Source: Ignavibacteriota bacterium
Lineage (GTDB): Bacteria > Bacteroidota > Ignavibacteria > UBA10030
NCBI GenBank assembly: GCA_963833465.1
Contig: CAWHXW010000001.1
Location: forward strand, 24,972-88,971
Reading direction: 5' to 3'
DNA length: 64,000 bases
Below are positions 33,826 through 43,911 of the stretch, one piece after another. The translations under genes and the position numbers were made by a program. The notes beneath the pieces are model-generated. The model made no database searches and was not told the DNA's origin. It saw only the letters and a list, made by a program, of their open reading frames with translations. Within the stretch, counting starts at the first letter, position 1. The number at the start of each line of letters is the position of its first letter.

Positions 33826-33899
33826 GACCCCGGCGCGACTCGAACGCGCGACCCACAGCTTAGAAGGCTGTTGCTCTATCCACCTGAGCTACGGGGCCG
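33826..33899 (-). tRNA. tRNA-Arg (anticodon TCT)
   Basis: Revcomp is GGCCCCGTAGCTCAGGTGGATAGAGCAACAGCCTTCTAAGCTGTGGGTCGCGCGTTCGAGTCGCGCCGGGGTCA. It has a 7-bp acceptor stem, GTTCGAGTC T-arm, and anticodon loop CTTCTAA. CCA is not encoded. Confidence 0.85.
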
Positions 33900-34088
33900 A
33901 AGAAATTACGGTACTCCTTAATATATATTACGTAATATTCATTTTTGATTCAATGTGCTACATTGCTGCCTAACGAGAAAACTTTGATCTTTCTGAACTT
34001 ATTAGTATTACTAATATGGATGTTAACAAGGACACAAAACCTTGATTATATTCTCAAGTAACAAAAACCTTTTCTGCTTATTATTTCT

Positions 34089-35438
34089 TCATCGATCTAA
34101 TTTTGTTTCGAGATGAAACCTATGCAGTATCTGGCTTAAATCCTCAATACCTTTTGAGCACTGTAAAAGTATTCCATTGTGAATCATTAAAATATTTGCC
34201 CTGCCTCTCAAGCAATATGCTGAAGACATTACATCGCTGTAAGCGCCTGTATCAAGAACACCTAAAACATCACCTTCTTTAATTTCAGGAATTTCTCTCG
34301 GCTCATCTTGAGTAAATGTATCTCCTGTTTCGCATACATTACCATCTATAGAATAAACCTTTAGCGGACCATTTGGATTTGATATATTAATTATTTCATG
34401 ATATGCATGATACAGTTTGGGACGTATCAATGTTCCCATACTTGCATCAGTATAGGCATGAAGAACGCCATTCTTCTCTTCAACGGTATTCACCTTTGTC
34501 AATAGAATTGTTGAATCGCCGACTAAGCTCCTTCCGGGTTCAACGATTAGTTTATTTATCTTAACGCCGCTCCTGTTGAGCTCGTCATTGATTATCTTAG
34601 CATAAGCATTGAAAGGAAAAGATTCTTGATTTTCTCTATATCTTATTCCGGGTCCACCGCCAACATCGAGATTTAAGTTATTAAAATCGTAATTTTCTAA
34701 TTCATTCATTACATTAAGTGTATTCTGCAATGCAATTCTAAAACTATCAACGTCATTACCAAGCCACCCTGAACCTATGTGTATGTGCAAGGTGTCAGGA
34801 TAAAAATCATATTCGCGCGCAGCTATAAAAGTATTAATTATTTTATCCTGTTCGATTCCAAACTTTATCGGAACACCTCCCTCATTTATTGAGCCGGCAG
34901 TTATAACATCAGGATTATGGCCTGCGCCAACATTTGGATTTAATCTTATTGAAAGACGTAAGCCCTTTATATTCCATTCGTCACGATGCTCTCCAAGTTT
35001 TTTTAACTGCGAATTGGAATCAATGTTGATTTTATAATTTCCAAATTTAACAAGTATTTCGAGATCATCTTTGGAAACGGATGTTCCGGTGAACATAATT
35101 TTATTTCGAGGAATTCCACGTTCCTCTGCAAGAATTGCTTCGTTGGGTGAAACTGCATCTGCACCTAAACCAAGCATTGCAATAAGATCAATAACTTGAG
35201 GACAATAATTTGCTTTTATTGCATAATTAATATCAATAACACCTGAATAGTTTTTTCCAAAAGCTTCTTTAATCAATCTCGCCTTATCTTCAATTCTTTT
35301 TCCGTGAGTAAGATATATAGGAGTAGGATTGGATTTCGCCAACTCATCTAAATTGTAATCCCTGAACGAACGAGACCAGACTTTATTATTTCTAACATCA
35401 AAACCTTTAAAAAACCACCAGTATTGCTTATCATTCAT
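34089..35438 (-). CDS. PLP-dependent Orn/DAP/Arg decarboxylase family 2 (diaminopimelate decarboxylase-like)
   Basis: 449 aa. …CETGDTF…, …GAYSDVMSSAYCLRGRANILMI… at the C-terminus. Has an N-terminal extension relative to LysA. Confidence 0.65.
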   Translation of the reverse strand: MNDKQYWWFFKGFDVRNNKVWSRSFRDYNLDELAKSNPTPIYLTHGKRIEDKARLIKEAFGKNYSGVIDINYAIKANYCPQVIDLIAMLGLGADAVSPNEAILAEERGIPRNKIMFTGTSVSKDDLEILVKFGNYKINIDSNSQLKKLGEHRDEWNIKGLRLSIRLNPNVGAGHNPDVITAGSINEGGVPIKFGIEQDKIINTFIAAREYDFYPDTLHIHIGSGWLGNDVDSFRIALQNTLNVMNELENYDFNNLNLDVGGGPGIRYRENQESFPFNAYAKIINDELNRSGVKINKLIVEPGRSLVGDSTILLTKVNTVEEKNGVLHAYTDASMGTLIRPKLYHAYHEIINISNPNGPLKVYSIDGNVCETGDTFTQDEPREIPEIKEGDVLGVLDTGAYSDVMSSAYCLRGRANILMIHNGILLQCSKGIEDLSQILHRFHLETKLDR

Positions 35439-35504
35439 AATATCAGTTATCTATTCTTTTGAAATCTATGATTGATTCTTAAATGACATTGCGTCCAATA
35501 TCAA

Positions 35505-36557
35505 TTATTGCTTCCTTAAGATTTGATTTACTGCTTCGGCGACTTCGTCAACATGAATTTCATTCATGCATCGGAAATGTTTCTCGGGACAAATCTTACC
35601 GCCGATATGTGTGCATGGTCTGCAGTACAAGCCATTCCGTTCTAAAACAATTTGTTCTTTGCCTACAGGAAAGAATCCGAATTCTCGGACTGTCGGTCCA
35701 AAGATCGCTATGACTTTTTTCTTCATCGCGGAAGCGACATGCATCAACCCGGAATCGTTAGTCACAACAAGATTACAAGCTTCCATTGCAATCGCGCTTT
35801 CAAGAAGAGATAATTCACCACTGAGATCTACTGCCTTGCCATTTCTGCTTCGATCATTTATTGCATTAGCTATCGCTGCACATCTATCTTTATCAGCTGC
35901 AGCTCCAAATAGAAGTATTTTCGCCCCGTATTTGTTCGCAAGCCGAATGCCAAGTTCTGCAAATCTTTCCTGCGGCCAGCACTTGGTCGCATGCTTCGCC
36001 GATGGACAAAATCCTATCATCATTCCATATAGATGAATACCTAATTTATTCATTTTGGCAAAGGCCTGGGCACGAATTCCAACTGAAATGTACAACTCGA
36101 GGCCTTCACCATCATTCTGAATTCCATATTTCTGTAATGGTTCTATGTATCGGTCGGCAACAGAGACTATATTTCCGTAGAAATTTTTTTTGAATCGAAC
36201 AAGCATCGTTCTTGCAAAAATTCGTTTAGAGACAACCACAACATCTCCAGATCCAAGCATCCATCGCAAATACCGGCTTCGCAAACTATTATGAATATCA
36301 ACTATAAGATCATATTGTTCCGATTGAAGTTGTTTCCTTAGCTTGTGCATTCCTGAAAATCCACTTTTAGGATCAAATTCATATATGCGGTTGAGATTTT
36401 TTTCATTTCGAACAAGTTCGGCATATTCTTTCTTCACTACAAAATCTATCATGGAAAACTGAAATGTTGTATGAAGCACACGCAGTAACGGTGTTGTCAG
36501 TACAACATCGCCTATCGAGCTAAAACGAATAATTAGAATTTTTTTGGGAACAATCAT
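35505..36557 (-). CDS. glycosyltransferase family 9 (LPS heptosyltransferase)
   Basis: 350 aa. …ILIIRFSSIGDVVLTTP… GT9 N-terminus. Confidence 0.75.
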   Translation of the reverse strand: MIVPKKILIIRFSSIGDVVLTTPLLRVLHTTFQFSMIDFVVKKEYAELVRNEKNLNRIYEFDPKSGFSGMHKLRKQLQSEQYDLIVDIHNSLRSRYLRWMLGSGDVVVVSKRIFARTMLVRFKKNFYGNIVSVADRYIEPLQKYGIQNDGEGLELYISVGIRAQAFAKMNKLGIHLYGMMIGFCPSAKHATKCWPQERFAELGIRLANKYGAKILLFGAAADKDRCAAIANAINDRSRNGKAVDLSGELSLLESAIAMEACNLVVTNDSGLMHVASAMKKKVIAIFGPTVREFGFFPVGKEQIVLERNGLYCRPCTHIGGKICPEKHFRCMNEIHVDEVAEAVNQILRKQ

Positions 36558-36773
36558 ATCGTGCTGAAATTACGATGTTTTTATTGGAGGTGCAAATTTT
36601 TATCTTTTAAATAAAAACTAACGTGACAATTTAATTCTTTTCATTTCATGCATCGATAAACACAGCAGGGTTATTTATCTTTCTTGAATTTCGCCGATTT
36701 TTTCTGCATTTTAATGATATAAATAATTTTTATGATATTCAGAAAGAATTATTGACTTCGGTAAAGCTTTAAG

Positions 36774-37538
36774 ATGATACTTATTTATCCGGCAATTGAA
36801 ATCAGCAATAAATGCAGTGTAGAATTCGTCCACGGCATTGCAGGATCTGAACATGTGTACTCGGTTGATCCAGTTAAACTGGCTGTGATGTGGCGTGGCG
36901 AAAACGCCAAAACTTTGCATGTCGTTGATCTGGATGGAGTTGCTGAAGGACGAATCGTAAACGAAGATATTATTCGAAGAATGGTTAAAGCAGTCGATAT
37001 CCCAATTCAAATGGGCGGCGGCTTAAGATCTTATGAAGAAATTAAAAAAGTACTTGATCTTGGTGTGTACCGCGTTTCAATTGCTACTGCAGCAGTTGAA
37101 CAGCCCGGTTTAATTAAACGGCTTTTAAAAGAATTCGGCACACGGAAAATTGACATTGCTATTTTATCGGAAGGCAGAAAGGTATCCATCAAAGGAGGTG
37201 CAACACCGACGGAAATTTCACCGCTTGAACTAGCATTACAAATGGTAGACATTGGTGTTTCTAGAATTCTATATGGCGAACGTGAAAACGGCGATCTCGA
37301 TAAATCATTGCCGTATGATACACTTAAAGAACTTGCAATAAAGACCGGAGTTAGAATCACAGCTCGCGGTGGTGTTTCTGACTACAAAGATTTGATGAGA
37401 ATACAAGAATTGGAAAAATACGGTGTAGATTCTGTTGTTATCGGAAAGCCGCTATACGAAAATCGTTTTCCATGTCAGGCACTTTGGCGCGTGAACGAAT
37501 TAGCACTCACTGACCTTGGACCCACGCGAAGAGTATAA
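36774..37538 (+). CDS. hisA: HisA/HisF-family (beta/alpha)8 isomerase (ProFAR isomerase-like)
   Basis: 254 aa. …PAIEI…, HVVDLDGV, GGGLRS, and C-terminal GVDSVVIGKPLY phosphate-binding motifs. Confidence 0.55.
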   Translation: MILIYPAIEISNKCSVEFVHGIAGSEHVYSVDPVKLAVMWRGENAKTLHVVDLDGVAEGRIVNEDIIRRMVKAVDIPIQMGGGLRSYEEIKKVLDLGVYRVSIATAAVEQPGLIKRLLKEFGTRKIDIAILSEGRKVSIKGGATPTEISPLELALQMVDIGVSRILYGERENGDLDKSLPYDTLKELAIKTGVRITARGGVSDYKDLMRIQELEKYGVDSVVIGKPLYENRFPCQALWRVNELALTDLGPTRRV

Positions 37539-38520
37539 ATGACTATTACAATCATCGGACATCTCTGTAAAGACATCGTCCATTTGCCAGGCGAAGAAGA
37601 AAAACATGAAGAATCATTTGGTGGAATCATGTACACACTACTTACTCTTGCAAATTTGATGAGCGAGAGGGATTGCGTCCAGCCCGTTTTTGGAGTCGGT
37701 CAAGCTGACTACGAAATGCTAATGGAGCAATTGAATCCTTACAAAAATATTGATGTAAGCGGTATTTTCAAATTTAAAGGTCCAACAAATCAGGTCCAAC
37801 TTTTCTACCAGAATAATGCCGGAACACGAATTGAATGTTCACAAAATATTTTCTGCCCCAATTCCATTCAATCGGATCAGACCGTACTTAGACGGCGATG
37901 GCGTGCTAATTAATATGATTTCAGGATCTGACATCACTCTTGAAACACTGGGATATATTCGCATGGAAATTCGCGAGAAAGGAATTCCGATTCATTTTGA
38001 TTTCCATTCGCTTACATTAGGCACGGATCAAGAGTTTAAGCGCTTCCGCCGCCCTATTACCGATTGGCGGCGATGGTGTTTTATGCTGAATTCGATTCAG
38101 ATGAATGAAGATGAGGCGCTCGGATTGTCAGCTGAACGATACGATGAAAAAACGCTCACCAATCATCTAATGCCGTTGATGGTCGAGACACTTCTAATTA
38201 CAAGAAGCGAGCGCGGAGTGACTGCGATTGTACAGGATATCCACAAGAAGCTGACGTACAAAGACATTCCAGGTGTTTCTTTTAGCAACACAATTGATAC
38301 AACTGGATGCGGCGATGTATTTGGCGCAGCATTCTTATTCCAATATCTAAAATCTAAAGACAGCTTTATTGCTGCAGAGTTTGCAAATAAAACCGCTGCG
38401 CTAAATGCAACATTTAAAAATATTAAAGATCTTGAAGCATTACGCTCAAAATTAGAACAACTTGGAGTTGCAATTTCTAAAGTAACAGCAAATGGAAAAA
38501 GCACCAATGCCTCACGATGA
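37539..38520 (+). CDS. PfkB-family carbohydrate kinase, reading frame broken by a 1-nt indel near 37847-37853
   Basis: ORFs 37539-37913 and 37816-38520 overlap in different frames. Together they form one ribokinase-like protein with the C-terminal DTTGCGDVFGAAF signature. Confidence 0.65.
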
Positions 38521-38537
38521 TCACGGAGAATGGCAGC

Positions 38538-39386
38538 ATGATTCTAAAAGAAAGAATTGAATTACTTTTCCAGCAAGATTTAGATAAAATAGATCGGCAC
38601 GCGGCGATGCAGACTTTTAGCGAGTTTAAATTCTTTTTAAACAACGGCGAAATCCGTGCTGCATCACCATCAAGGAACGAAGAAAACAAATCCGGATGGA
38701 TTGTAAATGATTGGATAAGGAAAGGAATTCTGCTCGGATTCCAGATCGGTGAATTTACAGATTTTTCAATTAATGAGCATTTCAAATATTTTGACAAGAG
38801 TACATATCCCCTCAAGAAATTAACACATGAAAATAAAGTGAGAATTGTGCCGGGAGGTACATCTATTCGCGATGGATCATATTTAGCATCAGGTGTTGTA
38901 ATAATGCCGCCTGCGTACGTTAATGTTGGTGCGTATGTAGACAGCGAAACCATGATTGATTCCCATGTGCTTGTTGGTTCGTGCGCACAAATTGGCAAGA
39001 ATGTTCACTTAAGTGCAGGCGCGCAAATTGGTGGTATAATGGAACCAATCGGCGAACTTCCGGTTATTATTGAAGATAATGTATTCGTCGGAGGGAATTC
39101 CGGCATTTTTGAAGGTACTATTATCAAACAGCGAGCAGTTATTGCCGCAGGCGTGCTTCTCACCAGTTCTACTCCTGTTTATGATTTAGTAAATGAAATA
39201 ATTTATCGCAGGACGAAAGAAGCACCTCTCATTATTCCTGAAAATGCTGTTGTGGTTCATGGCAGCCGTACCATCAACACACAATTTGCAAAAGCCAATT
39301 GCCTTTCACTCTATACGCCAATCATTATTAAATACCGCGATAGTAAATCAGACACTGCAACAGTATTAGAAGAAAGTCTCCGATGA
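38538..39386 (+). CDS. dapD: 2,3,4,5-tetrahydropyridine-2,6-dicarboxylate N-succinyltransferase
   Basis: Close pattern match to DapD: …RIVPGGTSIRDGSYLASGVVIMPPAYVNVGAYVDSETMIDSHVLVGSCAQIGKNVHLSAGAQIGG… (left-handed beta-helix). Confidence 0.8.
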   Translation: MILKERIELLFQQDLDKIDRHAAMQTFSEFKFFLNNGEIRAASPSRNEENKSGWIVNDWIRKGILLGFQIGEFTDFSINEHFKYFDKSTYPLKKLTHENKVRIVPGGTSIRDGSYLASGVVIMPPAYVNVGAYVDSETMIDSHVLVGSCAQIGKNVHLSAGAQIGGIMEPIGELPVIIEDNVFVGGNSGIFEGTIIKQRAVIAAGVLLTSSTPVYDLVNEIIYRRTKEAPLIIPENAVVVHGSRTINTQFAKANCLSLYTPIIIKYRDSKSDTATVLEESLR

Positions 39387-40294
39387 AACGCATTTTAATC
39401 TGCGGTGCAAATGGATTACTTGGCCAGCGTCTTTCACTAATGCTAAGTACGCAAAATGATTATGAAGTTTTAAATACTTCTGTTGAGCGTTCGTTTGTTT
39501 ACGACAATAAATTATTTGATTATAACCAACTGGATATAACTAACCGCAGCGATGTAAAGAGTCTTATTTCAAGTTTCCAGCCGAACGTGATTTTGAATGC
39601 GGCAGCTGCTACCAATGTAGATTGGTGCGAATCGAATCGCGAAGAAACTTGGAAAATTAATGTGACAGCCGTCGAGAATCTCGCAGAAGCATCGCGCAAA
39701 GTTGATGCAAAGCTTATTCACGTTTCTACTGATTATATATTTGACGGCAAAAACGGCCCTTATGATGAAACTGCAAAACCTAATCCTCTGGGATATTACG
39801 GTAAAACGAAACTCGCCAGTGAGAACGCTGTACTGAGTGCTGAAATTAAATATACAATTATAAGAACAATTGTTTTGTACGGAAGCGGAATCGGTGTAAA
39901 AGCTAACTTTGCCCTTTGGGTTGTCAACAGTTTGAAAGCGGGCAAACAAATAAATGTCGTTGATGATCAGCTTGGCAATCCGACGTTTGTGAGCGATCTT
40001 GCAATAGCAATGATTAAAGCATTTGAACTGAACCGCGAAGGTATTTTTCATGTAGGCGGTGGAAATCAATTAAGCCGTTACGATTTTGCTTTACAAGCGG
40101 CCGAAGTATTTGAACTCGATGCATCATTGATTAAGCGGATCAAGACAAGCGATTTAGTACAAGCTTCGCCGCGCCCAATGGTCTCCGGATTTATAACATT
40201 GAAAGCTGAAATTCAGCTTGGCATGCGTTTCCTAACCGTAAAAGAGGGATTGACGCTTTTAAAGCATGAACTTCAAAGCAATGGTAGAAATTGA
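39383..40294 (+). CDS. rfbD: dTDP-4-dehydrorhamnose reductase (SDR family)
   Basis: 303 aa. ILICGANGLLG, YGKTK catalytic motif. Confidence 0.75.
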   Translation: MKRILICGANGLLGQRLSLMLSTQNDYEVLNTSVERSFVYDNKLFDYNQLDITNRSDVKSLISSFQPNVILNAAAATNVDWCESNREETWKINVTAVENLAEASRKVDAKLIHVSTDYIFDGKNGPYDETAKPNPLGYYGKTKLASENAVLSAEIKYTIIRTIVLYGSGIGVKANFALWVVNSLKAGKQINVVDDQLGNPTFVSDLAIAMIKAFELNREGIFHVGGGNQLSRYDFALQAAEVFELDASLIKRIKTSDLVQASPRPMVSGFITLKAEIQLGMRFLTVKEGLTLLKHELQSNGRN

Positions 40295-40315
40295 ACAATT
40301 AAGGTCATCACAACT

Positions 40316-41580
40316 ATGTTAGACATAAAATTCATTCGTGAGAACCGCAACCTAGTGTATAACGGTGCTGAAGCGAAAGGTATTAGTATTAATCTTGATG
40401 AAATTTTTGCACTTGACGATAAGCGCAGGGCTCTTATTCAAGAAGGCGATGCGCTCAAAGCAAAACGCAATCTAGTTTCTGCTCGGGTTGGTAAAATTAA
40501 AAAACAAGGCGGAGATGTTGCTGAAGCCATTTCAGAAATGGAATCGGTCAAAAATAGAATTCAAGAAATAGATCCTGAAATACGTAAAATAGAAACGAGT
40601 TTAAATTCTCTTCTTCTTACTGTGCCAAACATCCCGCATCCATCAGTGCCAATTGGAAAAACACAGGAAGAAAACAGGGAGATTTTCAAATGGGGTGAAA
40701 TACTTAAAACTGATTTTCCGTTAAAACCGCATTGGGAATTAACCGAGAAATTAGGTATTATCGATTTCAATCGAGGCGCAAAAGTCGCTGGTGCAGGATT
40801 TCCTTTCTATGTCGGTAAAGGTGCAACACTGGAACGAGCGCTTATCAATTTCTTTCTTGATCAGGCAACAAATCGAGGATATAAAGAAATTATGCCGCCT
40901 ATCGTCGTAAATGAAGATAGCGCGCGCGGCACTGGACAAATACCTGACAAAGAAGATTTGATGTATACAGTCGAGCGGGATAAGTTGTACATGATTCCAA
41001 CAGCAGAGGTTCCGGTGACTAACTTTCATCGTGAAGAGCAATTAAATGAAAAAGATTTGCCGATTCGCTACGTCGCTTATACTCCCTGTTTCCGTCGCGA
41101 AGCCGGTTCTTACGGCAAAGATGTACGCGGACTCAATCGTCTTCATCAATTTGATAAAGTCGAATTAGTAAAGTTTGTTCATCCATTAAAATCATACGAC
41201 GAGTTGGAATCATTGCGGCAAGATGCAGAGCACATTCTGCAAATTCTCGGCCTTCCTTACCATACACTTTTGATGTGTACAGGTGATATGGGATTTACGC
41301 AAACTAAAAAGTACGATCTCGAAGTCTGGCTCCGGGCCAAAATAAATGGCTGGAAGTTTCATCGTGCAGCAACTTTGAATCATTTCAAGCGCGGCGCATG
41401 AATATAAAATTCCGGCCAGGGAACGGCGGAAAACCGGAAATTGTTCACACATTGAACGGATCTGGTCTGGCACTTCCGCGAGTCGTTGCAGGACTCATTG
41501 AGAATAATCAAACACCGGAAGGAAAAGTCATTATTCCAAAGGTACTGCATCCATATACAAAATTTGAAGTGATTGGATGA
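40316..41580 (+). CDS. serS: seryl-tRNA synthetase, frame broken by apparent loss of one C near 41331-41334
   Basis: ORF 40316-41401 carries the coiled-coil N-terminus and class II motifs 1-2. ORF 41398-41580 is the SerS C-terminus (…[10 protein letters not shown]…). A +2 frame across the junction reads the expected …[33 protein letters not shown]…. Confidence 0.85.
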
Positions 41581-41689
41581 AAAAACATTGACGATTTTTA
41601 ATTCAAAATTTATTATTGAATCAAATGTTTTTTTTTCCAATTTTGATATTTTATTACTTTTTCATCTATATATTTTACTCTTAACTTGA

Positions 41690-43450
41690 ATGCGGCAGCT
41701 CTTACGTCTTAAACCATATCTGCTTCGCTATAAAAAACCTCTTCTTTTCGGATTACTGACAGTAATAGGAAGCAATATATTTACTGTTGTCCAACCGATG
41801 TTTCTTGGGAAAGCTGTTGATGAATTGAAGCGCGGCATCGAATCGCAAACATTCGCATCTAACGACTTGCTGATGTGGGCTGCACTCATTGTCGGCTTCT
41901 CCCTCGTTGCGGGAATATTTACATTCTTGACCCGTCAAACAATTATCGTTACTTCGCGTCACATTGAATTTGACTTGCGCAATGATTTTCTTTCCCATCT
42001 CCAGAAATTATCTTATTCTTATTTTCAAGATAAACCTACGGGCGATTTGATGGCTCATGCTACCAACGACATCAGCGCTGTTCGGAACGTTGTAGGTCCC
42101 GGTATTATGTATCCATCAGATACAATTTTGACACTGACGTTTGTCCTGATTATGATGTTTATTAGTGATTGGAAGCTCACATTTCTTATTCTAATTCCCA
42201 TGCCGTTTGTTTCCTATGTCGTATATCGGTTGGGAAAACTTATCAATAAAATATTCACAGATCGTCAAGAACAATTCTCATTACTTACAACTCGTGCACA
42301 GGAAACATTCTCCGGCGCTCGTATTATCAAAGCGTATGTACGCGAAGAATATGAAGAAGAACGGTTCCGCAAACTTAGCTGGGAATATTTAAAAAAGAAC
42401 CTCGTGCTTGCAAAAGTGCAATCAATTATGTGGCCGTTGATGTTCGTCCTTGTCGGTTTATCACTGGTCATCACTATTTATTTTGGTGGATTAAAAGTAA
42501 TTAACGGGCAAATAACAATCGGAACATTGACGGCATTTACTGCATATCTAGGTATGTTGATTTGGCCAATGATTGCATTTGGTTGGGTGACAAATATTTT
42601 GCAGCAAGGTGCCGCTTCCATGGGACGATTAGCAGTAATTTTTGATACAGAGCCAAAAATAAAAGACACATCCATAACAAATCACGCTATCGGTAATATT
42701 GAGGGCGAGATTGAATTCCGATCTGTTTCATTCACACATGAGAATTCCACTCAACCGACTCTGAAGAATATCAATCTCAAAATCGACTCAGGAATGACAG
42801 TCGCGATTGTTGGATATACGGGGACAGGAAAGTCGACTCTGATCAATCTTATACCACGCCTCTACGACATAACTTTCGGTGAATTGCTGATCGACGGAAA
42901 CGACATCAGAAGAATTCCACTTGAAATCCTTCGCTCCAACATCGGATTTGTACCGCAGGAAACATTTCTTTTTTCGGAGACTATAGCAGAAAACATTATA
43001 TATGGTGTGGATAATTTAGTCGAGGAAGATCTAAAATCTGCAGCCGATATTTCCCAAATTGCAAAAGATGTTTCAGAATTTCCTAAACAGTTCGATACAA
43101 CTATTGGTGAACGCGGTATTACACTTTCCGGTGGACAGAAACAACGCATAAGCATTGCTCGCGCCGTTATGCGTAAGCCAAAAATATTGATACTGGACGA
43201 CGCACTTTCTGCAGTTGATACTTACACTGAAGAGAAAATTCTTAAGCGACTTCAGGAGTATATGAAAGGCAGAACATGCATTATAATAAGCCATCGCATT
43301 TCTACGGTTAAGAATGCCGATTTAATTGTAGTGTTGCAGAATGGAGAAATTGTCGAACGCGGAACGCACGATGAACTTGTGGCGCTAAATGGAATTTACT
43401 CAGAACTGCACACGAAACAGTTGCTCGAACAAGAACTGGAAACAATGTAG
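41690..43450 (+). CDS. ABC exporter, fused permease/ATPase (MsbA-like), subunit A
   Basis: 586 aa. Six TM helices, Walker A GYTGTGKST, signature LSGGQKQR, Walker B ILILDD. Confidence 0.85.
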   Translation: MRQLLRLKPYLLRYKKPLLFGLLTVIGSNIFTVVQPMFLGKAVDELKRGIESQTFASNDLLMWAALIVGFSLVAGIFTFLTRQTIIVTSRHIEFDLRNDFLSHLQKLSYSYFQDKPTGDLMAHATNDISAVRNVVGPGIMYPSDTILTLTFVLIMMFISDWKLTFLILIPMPFVSYVVYRLGKLINKIFTDRQEQFSLLTTRAQETFSGARIIKAYVREEYEEERFRKLSWEYLKKNLVLAKVQSIMWPLMFVLVGLSLVITIYFGGLKVINGQITIGTLTAFTAYLGMLIWPMIAFGWVTNILQQGAASMGRLAVIFDTEPKIKDTSITNHAIGNIEGEIEFRSVSFTHENSTQPTLKNINLKIDSGMTVAIVGYTGTGKSTLINLIPRLYDITFGELLIDGNDIRRIPLEILRSNIGFVPQETFLFSETIAENIIYGVDNLVEEDLKSAADISQIAKDVSEFPKQFDTTIGERGITLSGGQKQRISIARAVMRKPKILILDDALSAVDTYTEEKILKRLQEYMKGRTCIIISHRISTVKNADLIVVLQNGEIVERGTHDELVALNGIYSELHTKQLLEQELETM

Positions 43451-43460
43451 CAATATTCCA

Positions 43461-43754
43461 ATGCAAAAAACTTCAACGAAAAATGAAATAAGTTCATCAG
43501 ACGTGAATGAAAAGCCATATAACATTCAGCAACAGATTATTTTATTCGGATTAAATAATATTCAAGTATCAGAACATCTATCTTATCACCAAACAGGCAA
43601 AATTCTTTGCAACCAATTGGTGCGAGTTGGAACATCTATTGGCACTAATTTTGAAGAAGCAACCGCTGCTTACGAAAAACAAAATTTTATAAACAAATCA
43701 AATATATCTCTCCGCGAAGCGAGGAAAACCAATTATTGGCTTAGAATTATTTAA
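43461..43754 (+). CDS. four-helix-bundle protein (TIGR02436 family, formerly '23S rRNA intervening sequence protein')
   Basis: 97 aa from the ATG at 43461. …LVRVGTSIGTNFEEATAAYEKQNFINKSNISLREARKTNYWLRI… matches the family's conserved C-terminal helices. Confidence 0.55.
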   Translation: MQKTSTKNEISSSDVNEKPYNIQQQIILFGLNNIQVSEHLSYHQTGKILCNQLVRVGTSIGTNFEEATAAYEKQNFINKSNISLREARKTNYWLRII

Positions 43755-43911
43755 AAGTGGAATGATCAAATCGCCACGATAGGGTATATTAATTAGAGAA
43801 TCACATGAATTAATGAAGATTCTGGGAGCAATTGCAATTAAAGCTCGAGGAAAACGAAAAGTTTAATTATTTTTATTTTTCATTTTTATTTTATTCATTT
43901 TGAATTGATTT

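Noticed and set aside
37539-38520. Interpreting the split PfkB kinase, serS and adhesin genes as authentic pseudogenes or programmed frameshifts
   Set aside because: All breaks coincide with short homopolymers, and one affects essential serS. A systematic sequencing or assembly artefact is the simpler explanation, and phase variation is kept as a secondary hypothesis only for the surface lipoproteins.
43389-43460. N-terminal extension of the four-helix-bundle ORF back into the ABC transporter gene
   Set aside because: The extension overlaps the 3' end of the upstream ABC gene in another frame. An ATG immediately after the ABC stop (43461) gives a product of family-typical size.
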